A DNA stretch of 63,404 nucleotides, filler included, from Conidiobolus incongruus B7586 (lineage: Eukaryota): assembly GCA_000697335.1 (NCBI GenBank). It is 8 parts of 8 records of this genome, joined end to end, with 100 filler letters (N's around TTAATTAATTAA, not from the genome) between each part and the next. Parts side by side here need not be neighbours in the genome. Positions count along the whole stretch, not along the records: positions 18,091 to 33,663 come from JNEM01007413.1; positions 33,764 to 44,415 come from JNEM01007414.1; 6 more parts are not named here. One strand, given 5' to 3'. The notes beneath the pieces were generated by a model. The model did no database searches. It was not told the origin of the DNA and saw only the letters and a program-made list of their open reading frames with translations. Below are positions 25,998-40,100 of the stretch, in pieces. The number at the start of each line of letters is the position of its first letter. Within the stretch, counting starts at the first letter, position 1. A program made the translations under genes and the position numbers.

Positions 25998-27398
25998 ATT
26001 GATATCAAATTTCAATAATAAACAATACATTATAGTTTGTAATTAATTGTTTATTATATTGAAATTCATTTGATTCGATTTATTGATTTTATATAGACAC
26101 GATATTGATAAAAAGAATATTAGTTGATATTATTCATTCAATATATTGGAATTAATAAAAGTTTTTGATTTGAATAATAAAATAAAATATAGTATTCTTT
26201 ATAATTTAAATTTAACAAATATATTATGGAAATATCAGAAAAAGATTAATGAGAATAATTTTTATATTTATTTTTATCTTAATTCTATCAGTTATTAAAT
26301 TTGTATATATCAATAATTTGAATTTTTGAATAATTCGATAAATTGAGTTTTTTTGTTTAGATTTAATTCTAAATGATATCAGCTATTATACTTGAGCTTT
26401 ATTGCACATGTAATAATAGTAATTATATATTAAAATAAAGATATTCCAATCATCATATATAAAGTTAAAAGTGATTGATCGTTATTTAGTTATTTAAAAA
26501 TTTTGATTGCATATACATATTAATTTAGTAAATGGTTTGATACTTAAAAATTCATCTTAATATTCATATATGATCTCAAAATATGGGTTAAATTAATTAA
26601 GCCTATATTTTATTATAAAGGAATCTCAAAAAATTTCAATCTTTTAATTTCATAAGTTTTAAACAATATTTATTAATTAATATTAGTGTATAAAGCAGTG
26701 TTTTGATATGAAAAAAAATCCATGATATATTTCAAGCAAATGATATATTTTGAACCGATATGATTTCCTTTTAAACATCAACTTAAAAAGATACACTCGA
26801 GCTTATTATATAGTATACTTAGTTAATAATTGATTCTTTTAGTAAATTTTAATATATTTAATAAGCTATTTTTATCACAATTAAATTGGACAATATATCA
26901 TAAAATTTAATTTTCATTATTACGTAAATAGAGTCAAAAATATCAACTAGTTAATAAAAAGTTAATTACATTTTTCAATTAGGTGTAATTGAATTATAAA
27001 TTATTAACTTTCATACTATCATTGTATAAAATAAAAATCTCCGTTTTAGCAAGATTGGACAATTAAAGTAAGAGGTTTGGAATTCGGGGATTTAAAGATA
27101 TTTTTAACTTGTGTATAATTTATAAATTGAATAGTTTTTTAGTTTACTATTTCTAAAGATATTTTTATATAATGCAATAAAAAATTACAAATAATATTGG
27201 TTCTATACTTCGTAAAATATATTTTTGAATTTTAAATATCAAAAATTTTAAATTGAATTGTGCATTATTATTGAAACAATTGTTGTATTTACAATCAAAT
27301 AATAGTCAAAAGTTAATCCCATTAAATTACATTAGTCTCAAAAAATGATCTTAATTACATCCAAATTGAACACATCACTTCTTGATCAATTTTAAATC

Positions 27399-29654
27399 AT
27401 GAGCAATTCAGATCCTAATCAACAAGTTAAACAAGAATCAATAAATTCTCCAACACTCGACACATTTGACCAATTTGAAAATGTATTAAAAAATTTTTTA
27501 CATGCTCACACAAATATTGATACAGGAGAATCTACGAATCAACTAAATTTAGTCTCTCATACCCTTTCACCTTCTATTTCTAACGAACCTGAAAATTCTC
27601 AAGATACTCATTTAGATACTATATTGAAGCAAGAAACTGATTCTATAAGTCAATTTGCTAAACTATTCTTACCTTATTCAACCAACCCTCACCTTAATTC
27701 TAATATTGCCATTCCAGATACACATTTGACCAATAACAACCAAATGGTAATTATTTTCAAATTTATTATTTTTATTTAATTCTGATTTTGTTATTCAATA
27801 GAATAGTCAAGGTTCTAACTCGAATGTTGCAAATAGTAAAGTCAGTACCTCTCAAAGTAAAAGAGCTACTGTTCAAAACTCGGAAATCTCGCACTCAAAT
27901 CATGGTAAATATAAGCATAAATATTTTTCATTCAATGAAATCCGCTTACATTGCTAAAAAATCATTTAGAATCTCCAAATAATGATTTACCGCATATATT
28001 GAATTTATTTCATTCAGTATATAATAGAAATTTGGAATCTGAAAGCCAATCACAAGAACCAGAATCAATAACTGTGGTTAAACAAGAAGAGATGAATCCA
28101 TTTTCTGCTATCCAAAATATGTCGAATCCTATTGACACTTCTCAAGCTTCTAATTCATACTCTCAAAGATCATCTTACTCACAAATCACAGTTAAACAGG
28201 AAATTATAATTCCAAGTTTGAATGATAACAATGATAATCTATCTCTACATGATTATCCTAGATCATTTCACCTACTTAATAACAAGATTCAAAATAGTAA
28301 CTCTAGCCCCAATTCACCTTATAAATCGCCACGAGCTATTACTACTAATCATTCTACACCTACTCAGTCACCTCCTATGCTATCTAAAGAAGCACATATG
28401 TATGGGTTCGACAAGCTTAGTCAAACATATCAACATACACCACCTGTACAAATATCACCATCAAATTTTGAAGGCTTAAGAGTAGCATCACCAATTAGTT
28501 CAGCTTCTAAATCTGGTAAATCTCACAATTCATCATCTAAGAAGCAGCTTATTTCTTCTCTTCATAAGAATACTGTAAGTAGCCCATCCAAGCAGTTGAA
28601 AATATCCAAACCCAATCCCAATAAATCTGGTTCTGCTAAAGAATATGATGGTGATGAAATTTCAGCTTCCACACAAACTTCACTCAACAAAAGCATCAAT
28701 GACTCAAATGCCAGCATTATTACAAGACCGGTCAACTTTAATGCTCCAGCATTTTCACCTGATCAAACTGATGAACAAGAATTTTTTGGAGAAGAAACCG
28801 ACGATCCACACAATAAAAATATACCTTCTCAAGATCTTAATGTTTCCAGTCTTAAGAAGAGTCCTAAGGGAGCATCGAATCCATCTGCTTATAAATCGAT
28901 TGAAGCAAGTGTCCCTGAAAGAAGCTCTGGTGTTTCTACTAAAGCGACTTCCGAAGAATTTATTCTTTCAGAAAGTGTTAAGCCAATTAAAAAAGCGGCC
29001 AAAGCTTACCCTAATACTCCTGATAAATCAACCTCGACAATATCAAATATTTCTAAACCTTCCAATCCTGGTGAAAAATCAACCAAATCGAAGGAAGTTA
29101 CAAACCCAACTAAATCTACACCCAAGTCAACATCAAGTAGTTCAAAGCCACTTAAAAAGTCAGTTGAACAGGATAAAAGCTTTATTCAAACTAAGACATC
29201 CAAATCTGGAGATAAGTTAATCAAAACTAGGAAAGCTCCAACTCCAGATAAGTCCATATCCAAACAACCAACGACTCTCTCCAAATCGTCTGGTAAAACA
29301 GTTGATCAAGATGGAGATTTTATCCAGCCCAAACCCTCCAAATCTCAAATTAAATTAGCTAAATCGAACAAAACCGCAAAATCAGTTAGAATCGCTTCCA
29401 AACAATCTTCACATAATTCCAAATCTTTCACAGATACAGAAAAACACAGGGAATCCGATAATCCACCTCGCAAAAGAACTCGAGTTAAATATGGACCTAA
29501 GGATTCGCGTTTTGAGCCACCCACCAAGACACGATCAGGCAGAAACGTTCATAAGCCTATGGAGTATTGGAACAACGAACGTCGATCGCTATTAGAGCCC
29601 TTGGGATTCAAAATCGTCTGGGGTACCGATAAAGTGATTTTTGAGGATGAGTAA
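27399..29654 (+). CDS. disordered Ser/Lys/Asn/Pro-rich protein with a C-terminal CENP-C/CENPC-k-like motif, 3 exons, ~711 aa
   Basis: Exons 27399-27746, 27802-27904 and 27970-29654, with GT-AG introns of 55 and 65 nt and consistent phases. Motif KTRSGRNVHKPMEYWNNER at 29526-29582, preceded by the NLS-like PPRKRTR. Confidence 0.8.
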
Positions 29655-31073
29655 TAGATGCCTTCGTTTCTATTTTTTTCAGTAATACTCAATTCACTGA
29701 CGCTCGCTCTATGTACAATATCTTAATCAATTTATCTTCCCCATTATGTTAGTCAAATCAATTTTAAAATTTGCTTATTTAAGGGTATATGTATTATTAT
29801 TATTTATTTAAAATTGGCACATTTATTCAATTTCTCAGTGAAATTTCTAGCGATTTGAAAATATCAAATATTTCCTAATAAATATGTTATATTTATTGAA
29901 CTCTATTTTTGAAAATTAATTTTTTTGTAGAATATAATTTTATTAATTTCTCATAATTTATTAAGATTTAAACTAACAAAGTCATTTAAAAGGTATATTA
30001 TAATTGTTTAAATTTAAATTTATTTTTTTTTGAAATTTTCACTACTAGTTTATATTTAGTCAATATTATTTATAATAAACTTTGTTATTGAGTTTTTCTG
30101 TGAATATATATATATATATAATGAATTCTTATAATTATATTATTAACTAAATATAAATCAAAATAATGAATATATTATTCTTTTTAAATATTTTGTATTT
30201 TAATAGTTAAAATAATACTATTCCCTTCATTATAGATAAATATTCGTAATCAATTATAATTCAATTAACTCAGATGAAATTGTTTAGTTTAAAATAATTT
30301 ATTAGCTTATCAAATTATGTAAATAACTATATTTCAATTAATTAGCCTTAAAGTTGCCAAAACTTTAATTGAAAAATTACATCATCCCAAACTTCAGAAG
30401 TAATCCACTTAGTCTCAATATCTATAACAATTTAACTGGAAATATCCATAATTTTTTTAAATAAACTCGCACTAGATTATTTAATTAATTAAATTTAAAA
30501 AAATTACCTAATTTTAACTCTTATTTTTGATCAATAAATAAAATAAAATAAAAATAATTTATCAAATTAAATAGTATTATCTATAAATAATTTTGTTTTA
30601 TATTTGTTAAATTGTAAGAAAAAGAAAGCAATATTTTTTATGATATTAGATATATTAATATATTAATATATTGCTTTAAATTAAAACTATCTTTTATAAT
30701 CCAATTTCAACTAATTAAACATAGAATAGAGATAAAAATTCAAAATAATTGGTATAATTTTATATCAAACTGGTTTTAGAAAATGTAAAAACAATTTAAC
30801 ATATTTAATAAAAATAGGTTTAATTGATCTAGAATTATTAAATTTTATATAATTAATCATCTATTTTGAATTCATAAAGATAATTTTTAGCAATTGAATT
30901 CCCATATAATTGCAAAAAATTAATTGATGTAGAAATTGTCCAAAGTCCTCATTTAATTTATAGTTATTGAACTAATGGATTATAATTAAAATTGGAATTG
31001 ATATTGATTTATTATGATATATATATATATAATGGTATTAGCGAATAAAAGACAATAACAATACAGTAACAGC

Positions 31074-31567
31074 TTAGTTAAAAAATCTAGAGAATTCTTC
31101 TTTGGTAATTTTACCGTCCCCATCAATATCAGCTTGTACAAACATCAAATCAATGTCATTATGTGTATAGGTTCCAAGAGCATTTAACATATTGGTCAAC
31201 TCTTCTTTACTGATAAAACCATCACCATCAGTGTCGAACTCGTCAAACACGTCTTCGAAGCTAGCTTCTTGATTTAAGAAGGATTCCATCAATTTGCAGA
31301 ACTCTTCAAATCCAATCTTTCCATTCTTATCCACGTCGTGATCTTTTAAGATCTGATCGATCTCTTCCTTAGTAATGGAGTGATTGAGCTCTTTGAATAA
31401 GAGTTCGATTTCGCTTGCATCAATATCTCCACTGTCGTCCTTGTCTACTGTCTTGAATAAACGGCGAGCTTCGGAAAGATCCTTTTCACTCAACTAGTTT
31501 GTATTGATTGACGATTAATTATTATTATTATTATATTTTATTTAGTTATACTTACAGTTGTCATCAT
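31074..31567 (-). CDS. calmodulin-like four-EF-hand calcium-binding protein, 2 exons, ~143 aa
   Basis: Micro-exon 31567-31556 (MMTT), then a GTAAGT...CTAG intron at 31555-31494, then exon 31493-31074. EF loops DKDDSGDIDASE, DVDKNGKIGFEE, DTDGDGFISKEE, DIDGDGKITKEE. Too diverged to call canonical calmodulin. Confidence 0.9.
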
Positions 31568-33114
31568 CTTGAACTAATATTACAATTGATTATAAAAATA
31601 TTCCTATTATCAATGACTTAATTTTAATAATTGCTGGTTTAAATACTTTACCAAAATGCCAAACTCCACCCCTGAGAAACTTTAAGTAAAACCTAACCAC
31701 TTAAACCTCTCAATAAATTGTGATTGGTCCAATGTTATTTTGATTTCAAATCTAGAGTTTTTAAATTTGCAAAGATATTGACTGATTAAAATGAATCAAT
31801 TTCCCAAACCAATCAAATTGGTTAAAAACAAATTATTAAGGCGTTAATTTTTGGTAGAGCTGCGATTTTTACTTTGGAAGTATTTCCTTTAATATAATAT
31901 TCTAAAAAAGGTTTAAAGTTTGTTTTTCATTTGTTTTATCAATGGTATTAAAAAATTAATATAGAGGACCAAGTTTGTATTTTAAATATATTTATTTTTC
32001 AGTTTTTAAAAGGTTTTTTTTGTTTTTTAATTTTTTAAAATAGTTAGTTTTTCCTTAAATTAGCAGAAATTGGAATAAGCTACAATGTAACTTAGCATAA
32101 ACTTTATGTTTTTGAAACCCATGCAAAATTTTTGAAGAATAATTTGATAAGCAAAATGGCGGAAATTCGACAGTTGCATCATAAATATTTTTTCATTATA
32201 TCGAAATAATGCAAACAATTTCATAATTAAAATTAATTGTGAAACAAAATTTTAAATCATCTATGTTCTTGTCAGATATAAAGATATTATGAGATGGAAC
32301 AAAATAAATATATTAATAATTTAAGACTCAGAATTATAATTGTGATATGCTTTTATAGTGTTTTATAAATTTATATTAGATTGAATTTTCGACTAACTGA
32401 AATTTTTGAAATTTTATCAAATTTGTGCTTAAATGTATATGTATATGAATTTAATTACCCTGCTTCATCATACATCAAATCATTATTGTAGTTTTTAAGA
32501 ACTAAGCATTTACTTCGTTATATGCTTATATATTATGCTTTTGATGTTGTATAGTTTGATTGTAAATTGAACAACTGATATGATAATATAATTATTTGAT
32601 AGTAAATTAACACAGTATATTTCAACTAGATTTCATAATACTCAAAAGATAATTATTTGATTTAAAAACTTATTCAATTTACTGAATATACTACTTAAAA
32701 GATAAAAATTGAATTAATTTTTGGCTTCTTATAATAATCCATAAATAGCTTCAATTTTTCAATTAAATATTCAATATTTATTTTCACAAGAATATTACAT
32801 TTGTAAAGTAAAAATATAAAAGTTCATTTTAATATTAATCTATTTATTTTGATATTTAATTTCTTTAATTTTTATCTAATATAGATATATATTTGCAAAT
32901 TACCAAATGTTTATATTTTTACTGATTTATACTATATTTTTATTTTATAATATTTTTAATTTATACAGGGTATGTAATTTATTAATTAATAATTTTTGAT
33001 TATTGATAATAGATATAATATTAAATTATTTAAAATATTGTTGATATGAAAATATTAATTAAATCATAAAAAATTATTAATTTAAAAAACACTCTAGTTT
33101 TTAGTTTCCTATTA

Positions 33115-33640
33115 TTACTTAGTAAAATATTTCTTCAAAAAAATAATAACTTTTTTAATTTCTTATTATTCAAACTTATTATTAGTTTCAGAAAAAATAT
33201 ATATACCAAATAAACAAGGAATTAAATTACTTTAAACTATATATATATAAATAGATATATAGTAAATATTTTGTTAAATAACTAATTTTTAGAAATTTAT
33301 TTTATTATTTAACTATACTTAAGTATTAATCATCAGAAATTTATTATTTAATTATAAGTAAAACCTAATTTCAAGCTCTTTAAAATCATTTTTAGTTTAT
33401 AAAAAACTTTTAAAACTAAAGATTTATTTAATTATTAATTATTAATTAAGGTATTTTAAATCTATAAAAGAAATTATTTAAAACTTATTAAGTTTTAATA
33501 ATCTAATTTTAATTTCATTTTCTTAATCAATAATATAATAAAAATATTTTTCAATTGATAACTTTGTATTTCAGCTAAATAGTTAATAAAGTAGTATAAT
33601 ATTAACAACATAAGTGTATTAAGTATATTAACGCTTATAT
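33115..33640 (+). mobile_element. highly degenerate 5' part of a mariner family C relative
   Basis: Recognisable blocks TTTTTTAATTTC, ATTATTAGTTT, GTAAAAC, TAAAATCATTT, TATTTCAGCTAAA occur in the same order as in 53880-54350. Boundaries approximate. Confidence 0.6.
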
Positions 33641-33663
33641 TTGGATTAATTATTATAAATATA

Positions 33664-33763
33664 NNNNNNNNNNNNNNNNNNNNNNNNNNNNNNNNNNNNN
33701 NNNNNNNTTAATTAATTAANNNNNNNNNNNNNNNNNNNNNNNNNNNNNNNNNNNNNNNNNNNN
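33664..33763. other. artificial contig-joining linker
   Basis: N44-TTAATTAATTAA-N44. Confidence 0.97.
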
Positions 33764-33899
33764 AACAATAATATGATATTTTAAAATTATTAGTTATTGG
33801 TTTTATTTCTAAAAGAAAGTTTATATACATAAGTATTTAATATCTTTATTAATATCATTTTATTAATTTTTTTATATATTGATAAATATAGAAGTCAAT

Positions 33900-34129
33900 T
33901 AATGTTAAAATTTTGATATAATAAAATTAAGTGTATTAATTTATAAAATACAAAAATTAATATTTATCTTTATAACTTGTAACTTTCTATGATATTTTTG
34001 ATCAGCTTTTAGTACCTAAAAACAGTTCTTTTTATTAATATCTAAAGTTTAATATTATATAAACTAATTAAATCTCTTTTCTAAAGTTTTCTTTCCTATA
34101 AGTATATTTTTTAATTATTTTAAATATTA
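33900..34129 (-). mobile_element. 3' fragment of an older mariner family C relative; appears to resume at 44325-44415
   Basis: TACCTAAAAACAGTTCTTTTTTATTAA and following sequence match 16953-17070. Interrupted at a TA by the next mariner. Confidence 0.6.
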
Positions 34130-35547
34130 TTAGTATAGAAATTAAATAATAGCATAATTTTGAAATTAAAATTAAATAAATAAATAAATAAATTAATAAT
34201 ATATAACAATTAATAAATAATATAAAATTAATAGCCTCCTTTATTATTAATAGCTCTTTTCTATATCTTTAGTAATATCCTAATATTCAAAAATAATTCT
34301 TTTTATTAAGAACTGAAATTTGATATTTTATAAATCAATTTAATTTCTTTGCAAGAATTTTTTTTGAAAGCTATTTTTTAATCATTTAAAACAATTATAA
34401 TCATATAGGTTATAATTAAATAAATATATTAGATATAGTAACTCCTTTTATTTTTTTTATATAAAAAATCTTTTATAACTTTAATTTTATGTATTTTGTA
34501 ATTATCATGCAAAAATAATAGATATTCTTTATTTATATTGAAAACACCATTTAAAAATTATTTTATTTAAAAAAATAATATATAATTTACTATTAGTTAA
34601 TTTTCCTTGAGATATTAAATAAGAAAACTATATATCATTGTAATCTATTACAATAATTAATATTTATCTATATTTAAAATATTTATTCATTAGAATTTAT
34701 AAAGAGGATTAATATAGTTTAACCTAATATCTTGTATTATTTTTAGATAAAAGGTTATATAAAAGAATTTAAGAATTATTAATTGTAAGTATTTACTCTA
34801 AAAACCTTTATTTTTAATTATATCTTAATAAATCTAGTTTAGTTATAATTACTTTAATTTTCTTTAAGTTTGTGTTAAATTATAAGATATCTATTATATA
34901 CTTTTATTAATTTATTTAAGTTTAAACTTAAGTAAATATAACATACTTATATAATTATTATTAAAATACTCTAATAGTTTTCTTAAGAAAAATAAAAAAG
35001 TATTTTTTAATATATTCTTTTATTTTATTGGTAAGTGAAAAAATATTAGTAGAAATTAATCTTTTAAATTTTGTTAAATTTTAAATAATGTCCCTTCTAG
35101 CTTTAAAATCACAAATTTAGTGATATATAGTAGTTTTAAATAAAATACCATTTTCATAAGCTATTTATAAGTTTTAGATGATTTTAAAGGATTTGTAGTT
35201 AAGTTTTAAAGATATAAAATTAAAAGCTTTTTTATAAGTATAGTGGTAGTTAAACTAATATAATATAGAGAAAAATTAATATAAAAGTAATGTAATATAA
35301 AATATAGTAATATAATATAGTTGTAGTGTTCAAATGTAAACAAAGTTTAATTAAGCTTCAAACTAGGGTGAGTCACTAATATATTAAATTTTATATTAGG
35401 TAATGTTTTATATACTATAATATTAATAAAAAGTAGTTTTAATTTTAAAAATAATGTAAAAGTAAAAATTAATAAATATTAAAAAGGAAAAAAGAAACCT
35501 AATTTATTAAATAATTCAATATTATTTATATAATTAGTTTAATTATA

Positions 35548-37119
35548 CACTAACCTGTAAAAATGAGTTATTAAATCAAAAACACTTATATTTTTACTAA
35601 TAACTTGATTAATATTAAATAAAATAAACTTAAATTAAATAATTAAAATCTATTATATTTATTAGTAATATATATCATTAAATAATAATATTTAGTTATT
35701 AATTAGCTAAAATATAAACCTTTAAATTTTACCTAAGGTGAATTATAAATTTGTAGATTTTTGGTGATAAAAAAAATTAAAACTTAATATATCTACTTTT
35801 AGCTTTTCTAACTTCTTTAAGTTTGTGGGGTATAAAATCAACTAACTTTTTATATTAAGAAGGGTTAATCTTGCTCTATACTTCTTAAATATATTCTTAA
35901 AGTTAATCTAAATTTTTTTCTGGGGGGAAAGCTTTAATAACTTTTTTTAACTAATCCTAAAGGTGTTTAATTAGATTAAAGTTAAGAAATTGAAGAAACT
36001 ACTTTATAACTGTTATTTTGTTATTTTTAAGCTATTTAGTAATAAAAGCTATAGTATAGTAAAAGGTATTATATTACTAGAAAATAACATTAAGTTTGTT
36101 TAACTTATATTATTCAATAGTTTTTTTCAATTTATTATTTAGAATACTTTAGTACATTTTAATATTAATTCCCCTATTAACTTTATAAAGATCTTTTACA
36201 CTTAAAGATAATATACATCCCCAAATAATAATTAACCTACTATTATACTTTTGAGTAAAATTAACATGATAGTTATAAAGTAGTTTTGTATCTTTTTTAA
36301 AATATCTAACTTTTCTATTAGATTTACTAAAGTATATTTTTGTTTCATTAAACTAAATAACCTTACTCTAATTAGTTTTAATTTAACATTAGTGGTAATA
36401 TTTAAACTCTTGCTTAGTTTTATAATATGATTTTTTTAATTGGGGGTGTTTTTTCTTAAAGTGTAAGTGGTATCCATATTAATATAAAGTATATATAATA
36501 GTATCAATGCTAACTAATATTCTTGTATAGTTTTATAGTTCTTGTTGTATTTCTACAGTAGTATTATATTTACTTGTATTAACTAACCTATAAATATACT
36601 TCTTATTATGTTTATCTATAACTTTAACACACTTAAGTTTAAGTTTAAATGTTTCTTTATTGCTATTCTTAATAGCTTTAACTATAGTAAACTAGTTAAC
36701 ACTAATAATTCTAACAATATTATAAGTTGATTTACTTTTTTTATAAAGTTAATTAATGTATAAGTAGATTTTTTTATAGAGGGATTTAGGTATAATAATA
36801 CTAATAAAAAAAATTTAGTATATCTATAAAATATTATATAAAATAATAACAAAGAGAGAAAAAAAATATAGTTATATATTGTTAAATATATCCTTTTATC
36901 TCAAAAACCTGTAAATTTATAACTCACCTTAGTTAAATATTAAGGGTTAATATTTTTACTAATAGTTTACTAAATATATCTAAATATATTTATTTATTAT
37001 TAAATAATATACCCTAATTTTATATTATAGTTTCAAGTAATCTAATATATACAATTGTTTTAGTTATTAATTAAAATATATATATTTTTGATTTTATAAC
37101 TTACTTTTGCAAGTTAATG
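35548..37119 (-). mobile_element. Tc1 family A copy 2, full length, inserted in the 3' LTR of gypsy B
   Basis: TA|CACTAACCTGTAAAAATGAG ... CTTTTGCAAGTTAATG|TA, 1572 bp. Removing it and one TA restores the sequence seen in the intact LTR near 42425. Confidence 0.93.
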
Positions 37120-40100
37120 TATAAGTATAAATTAAATATATAATTTATAATTAATTGAATTATATAAAAATATATATAAGAGTTTAAAAAACTAGTTTCT
37201 TAATACTCCCTTAATAAATTTCTTAAAAAAGATATATTCCTTAGATTTTTACAAATAGGTATAATAAGTTAAAATATTCTTAATATTTTCTAGGAGTTCT
37301 TATATAACTTCTTTAATAAGATAACCTATTTATTTTATATAAAAATAAAGCTTATTCCTAATAGATTTAGATTTAATTATATAATTAACATAGTATTTTT
37401 TTCTTTATTTTAATTAATAATTAAATTTAGTTTTGGGTCTTTTAATCAATTAAGAAAAATATCAAAATTTTTAAAGTATGGTTTAATTTTAGATATGTAA
37501 ATGGTAGGGTTGATTTTTAAAGTTAGAAGTAATTCTAAAGTAATATTTTCAAAATTTAAATCAATAAATTATATCTTATAAGGATTATAATATAATGGTA
37601 AGTATTTTAGATTTAAGCTAGATTTAAGTAGGGTAAGTTTAAAAACAAATTGTTTTAAGTATACAAACATGCTAATTTTATATTTAAGAGGATTTCTAAA
37701 TAACTTTAAGTATTGTTATTCTATAATCTTTTAATTTTCTTTTAAGTTAAATTTAACAAGGGAATTAATATACTTGATATTAAATTAAAATTCAACAATA
37801 TTTAAAGATAAGTTGATTTAAAGTTTTAGAGTAATTATTAAGTTAAGATGTTTATTATAATTAATAAAATAAAGGTTAAAATCTGTTGATTTATAAATAA
37901 AGATATTAAATGAATATTAGAGTTAGTAGATATAAATATCTTAATTTAATTAATTAGTTTTAATATAAGCTTTAATCATTTGCTTTAGGGTTTTAATAAT
38001 TTTTTCAATAAGTTTATTAGTTTAATGATAATTAATAGTAAACATAGTTAGATTAATCTTAAGGGAAAAAGATAATAACTTCTAGAATTAAGAGTTAAAT
38101 CATATATTTCTATTAAATATAATAATTTGTAGAATTTTATGATAGGTAAAAATATTAAAGAATAATAATTATATAATATCTTTAACTATAAAAGTTTTAA
38201 AACAAGAAATAAAATAAACATATTTTGAAAATAAATCAATTACAATTAGTAAACTATTATAACTATTTATCAATTTAAAAATTTCTATAAAATCAAGCTA
38301 GATTTATTATTAAGTTTTATTAGAGACATATAGAAGAATAAGTTTGTTATATTTTAGTTAAGTATTATATTTAATTCTTTAATATATATCACAGGTATTT
38401 GTGTATTTCTAGTTTAATTTAACTAGGGAAAGTTAGTAGTACTTTATTTTAATTCTCTTAGCAATTTTTAACTAGTTTTGATGTTCTCTAATAAGTAAAT
38501 TATAGCATTCATTAAATATTTTTTATTAAATCTTGGGAATATTAAGAACATATAGATAATTATTATAATATAATAAGTTATTGAAAATTTTAAATCTTTT
38601 AACATATTTTAATTAGTTTTCTAATAGTTTAAAGAGTTCTTCTATAATTAAAATATAGATAATATTATTTAGTAGTATTTCTTAAACTAGTTTAATAAAT
38701 TTTTTATTTCCTTCATTAATAATCATTAAGTTAATATTTATTAGGTTTTAACAATTAAAACAAAAAAATAAGTATGTAAGATTTTTTAACAAGGTATCTA
38801 AAATATAATTATATTAACCTAAGAGATATTAAATAAAGAAAAAGTAAGCTTAGATAATTTTAATTTATTTAATTTATCTTCTTAATAAATGTTTTTAAGT
38901 ATTTAAGTAGATGAATAATTTATAACCTATAAGTACTAGGAAAAAATTACAAAACAAGAAATATAAATGATTTTTGATTATTTTTACCAAAATAAAAAGT
39001 TCTTATTTATAAACTAGGTATTTTAATTAATCTGGTTTTATTTTTCTTAACCAGAATTTTATTGGTTTTAAAGTAATATTTATAAAGTTAAACTCAACTT
39101 ATTCTCTTTTATTTATTATTTTATTTTATAGTTAAAGGGTAAAATATAAATTAAATTCAAACTAAGCTAACTATCTACTAATTGTAAAGAAACTAAAGTT
39201 AATAAAAATAATAGTAAGTAGTTTTAGATTAAAGATAAATAAAGTAAAAACATTAATAATATAGAAAATTAAAGCATTTATGCAAAAAGTATATAATAGG
39301 GTTTATTTAAAAAAAGAGTCTTTTTTTAAGAGATTAATAAGAGAAGTAATATGTTCAACAAAAAAATCAATGAAATCTTTAAAGTAATTTAATAATCTAA
39401 ATATAAACATAAGCTTATTTTTATTTATAGATATAATAAAAGCTTTAACACCATTGAGTTTAGTTAGATTAATACTAATTACTTAAAAGGAAATAATATA
39501 ACTATAGAAAAAGATAGAAGAAGTACTAAAGATATATTTTAATAGTTTTAATGGTAATTTATATTCTTGAATAATTTATAAAATTTAATTAACATGTTAA
39601 ATATATTCTTCTTTAGTTTTTAAATAAATTAGGATATTATTAAAATAAATAATAATAAAGTTATTAAAGATAAGGTTAAAAAAGAAATTGATGAATTAAG
39701 TAAAAGTTACAAAGGTATTATACAATCTAAAGTTTATAATTGTAAATTTATAGTAGCTTAAAAGAATATTAAAAGTAATTAAAAATATTGAATTTTCTTC
39801 AACTCTAATATTATAATATCTATTCTTAACATTTAATTTAGTAAATATAGTTGATTTAAATAGTTTATCCCTAACATCATATAAGTTTAATAATAAAGTT
39901 TTATCTTTAATAATTTTAAAGTTTAAAACACAGTTGTTAATATATAGTCTTTAACTACTATCAATCTTTTTTGCAAAGACAATTAGAGATTTTTATAGTA
40001 AAGAAGAAGGTTTAATATACCTATTTGTTAGTAGTTTTTAGATTTCTTTTTTTAAAGTTTAATATTATTTAAGAGATAAATGGTAAGTAAACCTTAAATA

